Below, one piece after another: positions 1 through 7,132 of a stretch of DNA of 10,321 nucleotides. The position numbers and the translations under genes were made by a program. Position 1 is the stretch's first letter. Each line of letters begins with the position of its first letter. Under the pieces are notes generated by a model. That model saw only the letters and a program-made list of their open reading frames with translations, did not search any database and was not told where the DNA came from. The DNA lies in contig CAZXZO010000037.1 in NCBI GenBank assembly GCA_964645485.1, positions 1 through 10,321 of the forward strand. Direction: 5' to 3'. Source of the DNA: an uncultured Candidatus Poseidoniales archaeon (lineage in GTDB: Archaea > Thermoplasmatota > Poseidoniia > Poseidoniales > Thalassarchaeaceae).

Positions 1-52
1 CGAGGACAGTGGATTTCGAATCCACCGCGATACCGGGCTATGCGATCTCGGC
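1..52 (-). tRNA. tRNA-Ser(CGA), 5' 52 nt; 3' end runs off the left edge
   Basis: Minus strand from 52 reads GCCGAGA (acceptor 5' strand) TC GCAT AGCCCGGTA TCGC G GTGGA TT-CGA-AA TCCAC TGTCCTCG. It has the D-loop AG..GG signature, a perfect 5-bp anticodon stem, a 7-nt loop with U33 and anticodon CGA (18..16), and the start of a long variable arm typical of Ser tRNAs. No intron in the anticodon loop. T-arm and acceptor 3' strand are outside the window. Confidence 0.9.
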
Positions 53-79
53 TGTTGGACCGCCCACCTGACATTTTGG

Positions 80-92
80 CATAAGCCTAATC
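80..92 (-). promoter_or_regulatory. Putative TATA box of the tRNA-Ser gene
   Basis: Minus strand GCTTATG at 86..80, 28-34 nt upstream of the mature tRNA 5' end. The same CTTAW core precedes the nuclease gene (GCTTAAC) and ABCE1 (TCTTATA). Confidence 0.5.
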
Positions 93-105
93 ATTGGCAA
101 TTGTA

Positions 106-122
106 GGATGTCGAAACCATCC
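106..122. repeat. Inverted repeat GGATG-N7-CATCC; possible terminator hairpin or protein-binding site
   Basis: GGATG 106-110 and CATCC 118-122, between the nuclease stop (140) and the tRNA TATA box. Confidence 0.3.
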
Positions 123-139
123 ATTTGGAATCAGTGTTG

Positions 140-2035
140 TTAGGGTGCTGGGCGAAGCCTAGTTGCAAAAGTTTTCGTTACTCTCGCTTGAAGTACAATT
201 TGGCCGTATTGATCCTTTGCCTGGGCCCCCACAATTACAACTTCGTCACCCCTTTCAGGGTCATATCCTTCAAGGACAAAGCGTGATTTTTCATCTCCTC
301 CCCAGACTTGAAATGATGCCGAACCAGTATCATCAATCAATTTAGCAGCCCATTTTCCTTCTTGATGATTAAAGTTGAATAAGCGGGCGTGAACGTTGTA
401 CTCCTGTGGAATTAATTTCTCAAACAACACATCGTCCGGTGATCCAGTTGGTGCTAGTTCGATGGTCCCGCTTGATGAAACGTCAAGTCGTTTGTGGGCA
501 CCTAGAGATTTCTTCCACCCAGAAGCAATAATCCCATTTCTAATTCGAATAGTTGCGCCGTGTTCGAAACCAAATGGAATGTTTGGGCTATCTTGTCTGA
601 TAACAACAGCCAACCATTCCCCTTGACCTAAATCAAGAAAGAACTCAAGATATTCTTTCTCAAACTTTGGCCATTGTTTTACCATATTTGGTTCGCGAAC
701 GGTTCCCCTTACAGTTACGAATGGGTCAATCTCTACAATTGGTGTGCAATTTACTTGTGCCTCTGATGTTGGAGAAAATTTAGTTGAGCCTCCCTTCAAT
801 AATTCTTCCTTATGTGGTGAAGCACTACAAACAAGTTGATACTCACATGAATCACATCTTGCCATTCCTGTAAACGGTGGTGAGTCTGTAAGGACCCCAC
901 CTGGTGCAAAAGTCCTGACTGGAGCTGGATTTCCTGGGTAATCACTTTCAAGATTTTGTTCCGACATTTTGAGTTTCTCATGAAGTGGCTTGAGACGATT
1001 TTCAAGCCTAAGTAATGATTTTTCATCAGGCAGATGGATCTTTTTTCTAACTGGTACTCCTAGATACCAAATTTCTAATTCTGAAACCAACTCTTTTCTG
1101 TCGTGCGTACTCCACCAAAGGTAAGCATAAGTGGCTAATTGTTCAGGATAGCCGAAGGAGAAATCCGAAGTTCCAACACTTGCTTTCACATCATGGATTC
1201 TAGGGCTGCCTGTCCATCTATAGACTAAATCATACTCCCCCTGTAACCAGCCTTCTGGATGTATTGCTGCTAAAGCAAAAAGCCCGGCATCAGGGTCGCA
1301 GAACCATGGCCTTGCGACCTCCCATGCTTCAACTAGAGTGATTTCACCATCCGATTCAGCACATGGGTGAGCAATTGAATGGTCATAAGGAAAGCCATCT
1401 GGTGCTGGCCATTTTGGTCGATTCTTACCTGCCCGCCAATCCTTGAATGTTGGGCCACCATTTGCTTTCATGCAATCTTCCACTTCGTCAAGATGGAATT
1501 CAATTCCAGCAAACACCATTTGGCATGCTTCTTCCTTTCGTTTTTCTTCAAAAACATCCCAATCTCCTACCCTGTTAGGGTCTTCCAACCATTCCTTTTT
1601 CGCCTGTGCCCATTCCCTTTCAAAGTGAATCCTGGCCCTTGCGCCAGCCCATGTTGTAATCTGTAGTCGTTCTTTTGGCCATTCTGATGTGTCTAGAGTT
1701 GGAAGATTTTGTCCAGGCCAAATGGCATCTGACTGAGTTGAAGGACGCGCAACTAAATTCCCAGTGCCTGAAATATCAACCTCTTCTAAAGGTGAATCAA
1801 AAATTTCAGATGGCGAGTCATGCGGGACTAATACTGGAGAATCTCGCATAACTCGATTTAATGCGCCTTCAACAGCATGACCCATTGCAAAAATTGGTGG
1901 AGAGCCACCTAGTAATCCAAGAATATAGCGATTATACCACATTTTTGGACAGCGGCGATGCATATCGGCTTGTGTGTGTGAAAGCCTAGCGTAAGGACCA
2001 ACAGGGTCATCACTTGGTGGGTCCAAGACCGGCAT
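140..2035 (-). CDS. Cas4/AddB-like Fe-S PD-(D/E)XK nuclease with two C-terminal OB folds (downstream paralog, 631 aa)
   Basis: N-terminal RLS..RCP..W with C29; helix motif GHAVEGAL; GEYD269LV, IHD282VK284, Q299LATY303 (RecB-family QxxxY); C394xxC397x5C403 triad. OB-like segments ~438-530 (IVEIDPFVTVRGTV) and ~545-631 (KLIDDTGSASFQVWG, ERGDEVVIVG). RBS GAGGG 4 nt before the ATG. Confidence 0.85.
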   Translation of the reverse strand: MPVLDPPSDDPVGPYARLSHTQADMHRRCPKMWYNRYILGLLGGSPPIFAMGHAVEGALNRVMRDSPVLVPHDSPSEIFDSPLEEVDISGTGNLVARPSTQSDAIWPGQNLPTLDTSEWPKERLQITTWAGARARIHFEREWAQAKKEWLEDPNRVGDWDVFEEKRKEEACQMVFAGIEFHLDEVEDCMKANGGPTFKDWRAGKNRPKWPAPDGFPYDHSIAHPCAESDGEITLVEAWEVARPWFCDPDAGLFALAAIHPEGWLQGEYDLVYRWTGSPRIHDVKASVGTSDFSFGYPEQLATYAYLWWSTHDRKELVSELEIWYLGVPVRKKIHLPDEKSLLRLENRLKPLHEKLKMSEQNLESDYPGNPAPVRTFAPGGVLTDSPPFTGMARCDSCEYQLVCSASPHKEELLKGGSTKFSPTSEAQVNCTPIVEIDPFVTVRGTVREPNMVKQWPKFEKEYLEFFLDLGQGEWLAVVIRQDSPNIPFGFEHGATIRIRNGIIASGWKKSLGAHKRLDVSSSGTIELAPTGSPDDVLFEKLIPQEYNVHARLFNFNHQEGKWAAKLIDDTGSASFQVWGGDEKSRFVLEGYDPERGDEVVIVGAQAKDQYGQIVLQARVTKTFATRLRPAP

Positions 2036-2039
2036 CGTT

Positions 2040-2044
2040 CCCTC
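2040..2044 (-). promoter_or_regulatory. Shine-Dalgarno-like RBS for the downstream nuclease
   Basis: GAGGG-aacg-ATG in a 41-bp intergenic gap; consistent with a bicistronic mRNA. Confidence 0.55.
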
Positions 2045-2076
2045 TTAGCGGCCAAGGTTCTTCAAGAGTTCGCCAA

Positions 2077-3975
2077 TTATTGCTCTTTGACTTCAAGTCG
2101 AGTATTGCGTTGGTCAATTCTTACTTGGGGAACTCCATCTCTCCATCCTAATTCAGCGGCTAGAATCCGTACAATATCGCCAACTTTTAATTTTTGAAAA
2201 GTTCTAGTGATTGCTGAACCAAAGGCTACAACTTCGACAACTGATTCTCCGTCCCATATGTGGCAGGTTGACATTGACCAAGGCTTCCCTCTAGCGTTTA
2301 CCCCACTGTGACCACCTCTGCTAACAACCTGCCCAGATAAGTTAGCCTTGGTGGGAATTAATCCTAATCTAGTAAATTCAACATCTGCTACTTCGTCGGC
2401 TGGTTTGATTGAACTGTGTTCATCAAGATATAATCTAGTCATTCTTCGCCACACACCTGGGGCTACGTCGAGTAACGCTAATTCTGTACCTGAAGGAATT
2501 TCTCCGAATGATTCAGCACCCATCTCTTCAATAGTCACATTTGTACTACCTACCGCAATTGTTGCTCCTCGTACTTCTTCGCCATAGTGGTTTGAGAGTG
2601 GACCCCATTGTCCCTTCACCTCACCCTTTACATTGAGTCGTTGAGGTATTTCAGAAATCATCGTGCAAGGTGGTTTTTGTGTCAATGCCGCAACCAAATT
2701 CTCAGAATTTCCGAGTTCAGGTGGCGTTAATGCCCCAAGCGCTATCGCTTGCATTTTTTCTGGTGCTCCATCACAAAATGCGGCCGCAGTACATCGTTTA
2801 CAGGTCAAGGCTTTTGCCTCTTTTTCATCATCAACAGGTAATGCTTTTCCTCCCGGGGAGTGGGTTAACCAAGGTGCAGGGTCGGCTGGTGCGAGGTGAG
2901 TTGGATGCAGTCCAGAAAGAGTCATTTGTTGGTGAATATTTTTCCAACGAGCAGATTCTGATTTGAGAGTTTCATCGTCTAGTAAATCAATGATTTTTCG
3001 GTGTGGCCCATTCAAATACCATCCTTCAAGGCCTGAAAGTTCACCACCACTTTCGCCTTTATTCGGTCTTCCTGAGTGGGTGCGGGTAATTCCCCATAGC
3101 CATTGGTAAAACCGAAGTTGATTGGCTAATCCAGCAGAATATCCGCTAGTTCCTGCGCTTGCCTTAATGTCACAGATTCTTACAGTTCCATCCCATCGGT
3201 GAACTAAATCCATCTCACCAGCGGCCCAACCATCGGGATGGAAGAGCCTTTGAGGGGCGGTAATTCTTGGGTCTTTGACCCAAGGTCTAGCAATTTCCCA
3301 AGCCTCCCAGATAGTGACATCACCTGATTTTTCAAATCCCGAAGCAGCAACTCGATTAGCCTCTTCACCAGGTTTCACAGGTTCTTCATCCCAGCAAGGT
3401 GCTGGCACTGTGAAAGGGTCACCACCTTTTCTGTAAGAATTGAGATGTGGCCCACCTCCAGCGTTGAAGCAGTTTTCAACTTCCTCTAATTGTAATTTGA
3501 TTCCTCCGCGTATTAGATTTTCAATTCGCTCATCTTTGACTTCGGCAATATCTCTGCCGGCGGCTTTCCACTGAGTTGCATCCCAACGCACTTGTAAGAG
3601 CCTCTGAACTTCCCCAACCAGTGAAGGAATAACCAATTCCATCCAATGTGAAATTGATTCTAGATCTGAGATAATGACTTCGTCATTGGGGCTAATTTTT
3701 CCCAATCCGTTTTCTTGGCGACTAAAGTTCACCCATTCTGCTAGCCCGGGCATCGCCGTACCGTTTTCAGGAAAACGTTGTATGAAAAGACCACAGAGAG
3801 CATCTTCAACAACCAATCCAATTATCATCTCAGGATTAGTGGCATCATTGAGTCCGATTCTTCTACGATAATGCCATTGACGAGGACAACGCTCCCATGT
3901 GACCAAGCCACTTGCTGAAATTCGGCGTCTACTCTTACCTAGATATCCTGCGCTTGGTGGTAGAACAACTGGCAT
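2077..3975 (-). CDS. Cas4/AddB-like Fe-S PD-(D/E)XK nuclease with two C-terminal OB folds (upstream paralog, 632 aa)
   Basis: RIS..RCP..W with C30; GLVVEDAL; GEMD256LV, ICD269IK271, Q286LRFY290; C392xxC395x5C401. RPA-like OB segments ~446-525 (MISEIPQRLNVKGEV, VWRRMTRLYLDEHSSI) and ~543-630 (ANLSGQV, HIWDGESVVEVVAFG, LKVGDIVRI, GWRDGVPQVRI). Confidence 0.85.
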   Translation of the reverse strand: MPVVLPPSAGYLGKSRRRISASGLVTWERCPRQWHYRRRIGLNDATNPEMIIGLVVEDALCGLFIQRFPENGTAMPGLAEWVNFSRQENGLGKISPNDEVIISDLESISHWMELVIPSLVGEVQRLLQVRWDATQWKAAGRDIAEVKDERIENLIRGGIKLQLEEVENCFNAGGGPHLNSYRKGGDPFTVPAPCWDEEPVKPGEEANRVAASGFEKSGDVTIWEAWEIARPWVKDPRITAPQRLFHPDGWAAGEMDLVHRWDGTVRICDIKASAGTSGYSAGLANQLRFYQWLWGITRTHSGRPNKGESGGELSGLEGWYLNGPHRKIIDLLDDETLKSESARWKNIHQQMTLSGLHPTHLAPADPAPWLTHSPGGKALPVDDEKEAKALTCKRCTAAAFCDGAPEKMQAIALGALTPPELGNSENLVAALTQKPPCTMISEIPQRLNVKGEVKGQWGPLSNHYGEEVRGATIAVGSTNVTIEEMGAESFGEIPSGTELALLDVAPGVWRRMTRLYLDEHSSIKPADEVADVEFTRLGLIPTKANLSGQVVSRGGHSGVNARGKPWSMSTCHIWDGESVVEVVAFGSAITRTFQKLKVGDIVRILAAELGWRDGVPQVRIDQRNTRLEVKEQ

Positions 3976-3995
3976 TAATACTTGTGCGGCTATGA

Positions 3996-4002
3996 GTTAA
4001 GC
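3996..4002 (-). promoter_or_regulatory. Putative TATA box for a leaderless nuclease-pair transcript
   Basis: GCTTAAC at -27..-21 from ATG 3975; no SD upstream of that ATG. Confidence 0.45.
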
Positions 4003-4041
4003 ATCAATCCATCGCTTCAATAAATTGCATTTTAACAAACT

Positions 4042-4055
4042 GAAAAGTTAAAATA
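4042..4055 (+). promoter_or_regulatory. BRE-TATA promoter of the cassette (probably leaderless)
   Basis: Purine-rich GAAAAG (4042-4047) directly followed by TTAAAATA (4048-4055), 29-22 nt before ATG 4077. Confidence 0.6.
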
Positions 4056-4076
4056 ATCATACAAATTGAACAAACC

Positions 4077-5630
4077 ATGAATACATCTTGGTTATTGATA
4101 ACAGTGATTTTTTTCCTTCCATCTCTGAGTTTAGTTTCTGCTTCGAGCGAAAATTACGCTGAATCTAATTCCGCCGACATTTTTACTGAGGACACCGATT
4201 CTACATCTGATATTGATTATGGCTGGGTAGCTGGGGCTTATCCAAGCGGAATAAATGTAATAGATTGTGCAAATGAACAATTTTCTGGTGTAGGTATGTC
4301 TTTCTGTCCTAAATATGGGCCAGTAATCGTGACTGCATCTCCATTCCTAAACCCCGACTGTAGTCAATCATATGTCTCTTCAACCATCCCAGGTGCTGAA
4401 CCCTTAATTATCAACCCTTTAATTGGTGACAGAGGTTCACTATATAACTCTCAATCGCATGTTTATCGACTACAAGATTCTCAAATTTGGTTAAAACATT
4501 GTTTATTTCCTATATATCAAAATCTGAATGGAAATAATATAAATTATAACTTTATTATTTATGACGATAGGACAGGAGAATTGCCTCATGCAGGGATATT
4601 CCACCCAGAGGACTGGGCTGTAAATGTTGTACTTGATGCGGCAGAATATGATCAACCATCTCTTTTCGATCTGACATTTGAGAGTTTCATTCCTCACGAC
4701 ACAATATTAAACGAATCCGGTTATCAAAATGGCTCGAGCACTATACATATATCGAATACAAATTACTATGCTGGTTTTGGTACATACTTAGGTAGGTGGA
4801 TGAGAGAAACCACATTATATGCATACGTGTATCATGATGAAAACTTAAATCAACAAATGAACCAGTATGCATTCTTTACAGCCTACTTTAAATCTAATGA
4901 TTATCAAGGATATTATGATATATCACCCGATTTGAATAATCCAGCCCCTCAATCTAGTAATCCAGATGCATACAACGATATTCCAAAAAGGGCAATATCT
5001 GATTGGAATCTAAATATTCGAGATAAGAAGTTCGGGAAAGGAGATTGTGATAAAATTGGGACAGGAAATAAGACTTCGATGAAACAAAAGACATTATTGA
5101 GGGGGAAGAGTAGTTTGGCTGACGGCCCGATGTTTTATCCATACGGTTCACAAACTAAGGATTGGCGAACACATGGAGCGGGAGTTGAATTTTATTTATC
5201 AGTAAACTTTGATAAATACAATTGTGCATCAAAAAGCAGATCTTTACAGGTGGTATATTCAAATTCAATAGAATCATATAATGGTCAGTCATTTAATTCT
5301 AATCGGGGATCGTTCGTTCCTCCCACAACAGTTTACTGCAATAATTACGATGTAAATAATATTTACATTCCTTCCAAATCTTGTGAATTGAAAATCAAAA
5401 TGGGATTAGGTGGCGGTAGGGAACAGTTTATTTTTCAAAGCGTATCTAGAAACTATACAAAATTTGATTCATCTGATGAGCCCATTATTCCAGTGGGTCA
5501 AGTGATGCTATATTCTGGTGCTTCAGGTTATTACAAAATTAATTTCATGGCCGAACTTGAACTCAAAGAAGGTTGGAAGATTATTGATAGAGAAACAATT
5601 GATAACACATTCTATGTTGTGGTGATATGA
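4077..5630 (+). CDS. Secreted hypothetical protein (517 aa)
   Basis: Hydrophobic N-terminal signal peptide (LLITVIFFLPSLSLVSA); 8 Cys; 4 N-x-S/T sequons in the mature part; Tyr/Asn-rich; no recognisable domain; no C-terminal anchor. Confidence 0.75.
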   Translation: MNTSWLLITVIFFLPSLSLVSASSENYAESNSADIFTEDTDSTSDIDYGWVAGAYPSGINVIDCANEQFSGVGMSFCPKYGPVIVTASPFLNPDCSQSYVSSTIPGAEPLIINPLIGDRGSLYNSQSHVYRLQDSQIWLKHCLFPIYQNLNGNNINYNFIIYDDRTGELPHAGIFHPEDWAVNVVLDAAEYDQPSLFDLTFESFIPHDTILNESGYQNGSSTIHISNTNYYAGFGTYLGRWMRETTLYAYVYHDENLNQQMNQYAFFTAYFKSNDYQGYYDISPDLNNPAPQSSNPDAYNDIPKRAISDWNLNIRDKKFGKGDCDKIGTGNKTSMKQKTLLRGKSSLADGPMFYPYGSQTKDWRTHGAGVEFYLSVNFDKYNCASKSRSLQVVYSNSIESYNGQSFNSNRGSFVPPTTVYCNNYDVNNIYIPSKSCELKIKMGLGGGREQFIFQSVSRNYTKFDSSDEPIIPVGQVMLYSGASGYYKINFMAELELKEGWKIIDRETIDNTFYVVVI

Positions 5631-7132
5631 AAGTTATTGATTATAGAATCTTAGCGACAATTCTTGTTGTGACAATTTTTCTCGGTAGCAATCTTTCTCT
5701 ATCTCAGGCTGAATACCGAGAACCAACACCTAATTTTAATGATAGTATCTTGGTTGGAGATGAATTAGCGGTCACCCTATGTACAAATTCGGTTATATGG
5801 CCAAATGAGACTGCTCAGAATTCTTCAAATAATCTCCCATACCGTTTTTTCTTGATTGACACCAAGGATTCTACTGAAACATCAATTCAGATAATCCCTA
5901 CTCTACCAAATCACCTATTAGGCCAATCTTGTGCACCTTTTATTGAATATTTATCAGATTATGACAAGTATTTACTTCCAGTTACTTATGATTATTACCC
6001 TGATGGAGAGGGTTGTGGTCTAGATGTATTATTAATCAATCAGGATCATATTGAGATTGTTGCAGAAATAATAGTGGCAGAATCATATTTCTGTTTGCCT
6101 CCTTATCCATATGAATTTCAGTCAGGGAATAGTGTTGCGTTGTTACAAATATCGGGAGGAAACATAATTTTACATAGTGGTGAGAGAATAGAAACAACCA
6201 ATTATTCACATTCAGGTGTGATGACAATCCTCTTTACACCATCGGCTAACGGTACTTTGGAAGCATCAATAATTACTATTCCGCGACCCGATTATTCTGA
6301 ACAAGGGATAATTATTTCAGATATAATGGCATTAGAATTTGTGGGTGATAAACTTTACACTGTTTTCGCAACTACTGATGGATCGTTTCGTGATAATGAG
6401 AACAGGATTGTAGTTGCCAACTACCATGTCAATGGTACCATTCAGTACAACACATCAAGAATTGTGGAATTTGATAGCAATGTTTTTGGCGCTGATATAA
6501 CGCACTTTGACAATAATATTTACATCATAGCACCATCAACTCGCGAAGAAAAAAATGTAAAAGGAGTTCCTATTCATTTGAAATCTTTAGAATGGTCCAC
6601 TTTTCTAGCAAAGACGGATGTGAATCTTAGTAATGTTGAGATTTTGAATCTGGAGTTTCCAACTGATAGACAATTGAATACAATAGATATGTTGGATGAA
6701 GACACAATCTTTATTTCTTCAAATACTATTCATGAAAACTTTACTTCTGAATCTGACGGGTTGTTAATTACACTAGGGAAAGAGGGGTGTTTTTCGTTGC
6801 ATCAAAACATTGATTTTTCAATTCTTAGAATTGCAAATATTGATGGACGAAAACTGGAATCAGGTGAATTTGTGTACCTAACGGAGTATGAATTATCCGG
6901 CTCAGATGTCATTAGACAATGGAACTTACCCCCAACAAATTTAACTGCAACATTAGTGAAAGAGCCAAAAATTAACAGTAACGGTGAATCTTCTTGCACA
7001 ATTGTTGAGCAGACTAGAACCCCACTCGGTACGATAATTTTTCAATTAACCGTGCCCATTCTTGGGGTATTCGTAGTTAGTCTAATTTCAGGTCGAATAA
7101 TTAGAACAAGTATTTCCCGGGTTCGTAAGTAA
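5627..7132 (+). CDS. Membrane-anchored surface glycoprotein, probable beta-propeller (501 aa)
   Basis: ATGA overlap with the upstream gene; signal peptide; blade-like motifs about every 55-65 aa; 10 sequons in the mature part; 6 Cys; C-terminal hydrophobic helix (~468-488) followed by a basic tail (RIIRTSISRVRK). Confidence 0.75.
   Translation: MKVIDYRILATILVVTIFLGSNLSLSQAEYREPTPNFNDSILVGDELAVTLCTNSVIWPNETAQNSSNNLPYRFFLIDTKDSTETSIQIIPTLPNHLLGQSCAPFIEYLSDYDKYLLPVTYDYYPDGEGCGLDVLLINQDHIEIVAEIIVAESYFCLPPYPYEFQSGNSVALLQISGGNIILHSGERIETTNYSHSGVMTILFTPSANGTLEASIITIPRPDYSEQGIIISDIMALEFVGDKLYTVFATTDGSFRDNENRIVVANYHVNGTIQYNTSRIVEFDSNVFGADITHFDNNIYIIAPSTREEKNVKGVPIHLKSLEWSTFLAKTDVNLSNVEILNLEFPTDRQLNTIDMLDEDTIFISSNTIHENFTSESDGLLITLGKEGCFSLHQNIDFSILRIANIDGRKLESGEFVYLTEYELSGSDVIRQWNLPPTNLTATLVKEPKINSNGESSCTIVEQTRTPLGTIIFQLTVPILGVFVVSLISGRIIRTSISRVRK

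Noticed and set aside
9-25. GTGGA-TTCGAAA-TCCAC as a T-arm or terminator
   Set aside because: Its position after an acceptor strand and D-arm makes it the anticodon arm (CGA).
1-105. Short open frames at the left edge as a partial CDS
   Set aside because: The region is fully explained by the minus-strand tRNA-Ser and its promoter.
163-3871. Short plus-strand ORFs and the 796..1026 minus ORF overlapping the nucleases
   Set aside because: Antisense or out-of-frame shadows of motif-rich genes, with no recognisable features.
140-3975. CRISPR-associated cas4 call
   Set aside because: No array, cas1 or cas2 in the window; the proteins are about three times Cas4 length with extra domains.
140-3975. 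AddAB/AdnAB/RecB helicase-nuclease call
   Set aside because: No Walker A/B or SF1 helicase motifs in either protein.
4590-4622. IFHPEDWA in the secreted protein resembles FHPDGWA in the nuclease
   Set aside because: A short isolated match with no flanking similarity; probably chance.
7005-7132. Archaeosortase PGF-CTERM signal
   Set aside because: TM and basic tail are present, but there is no PGF-like tripeptide (TPLG instead).
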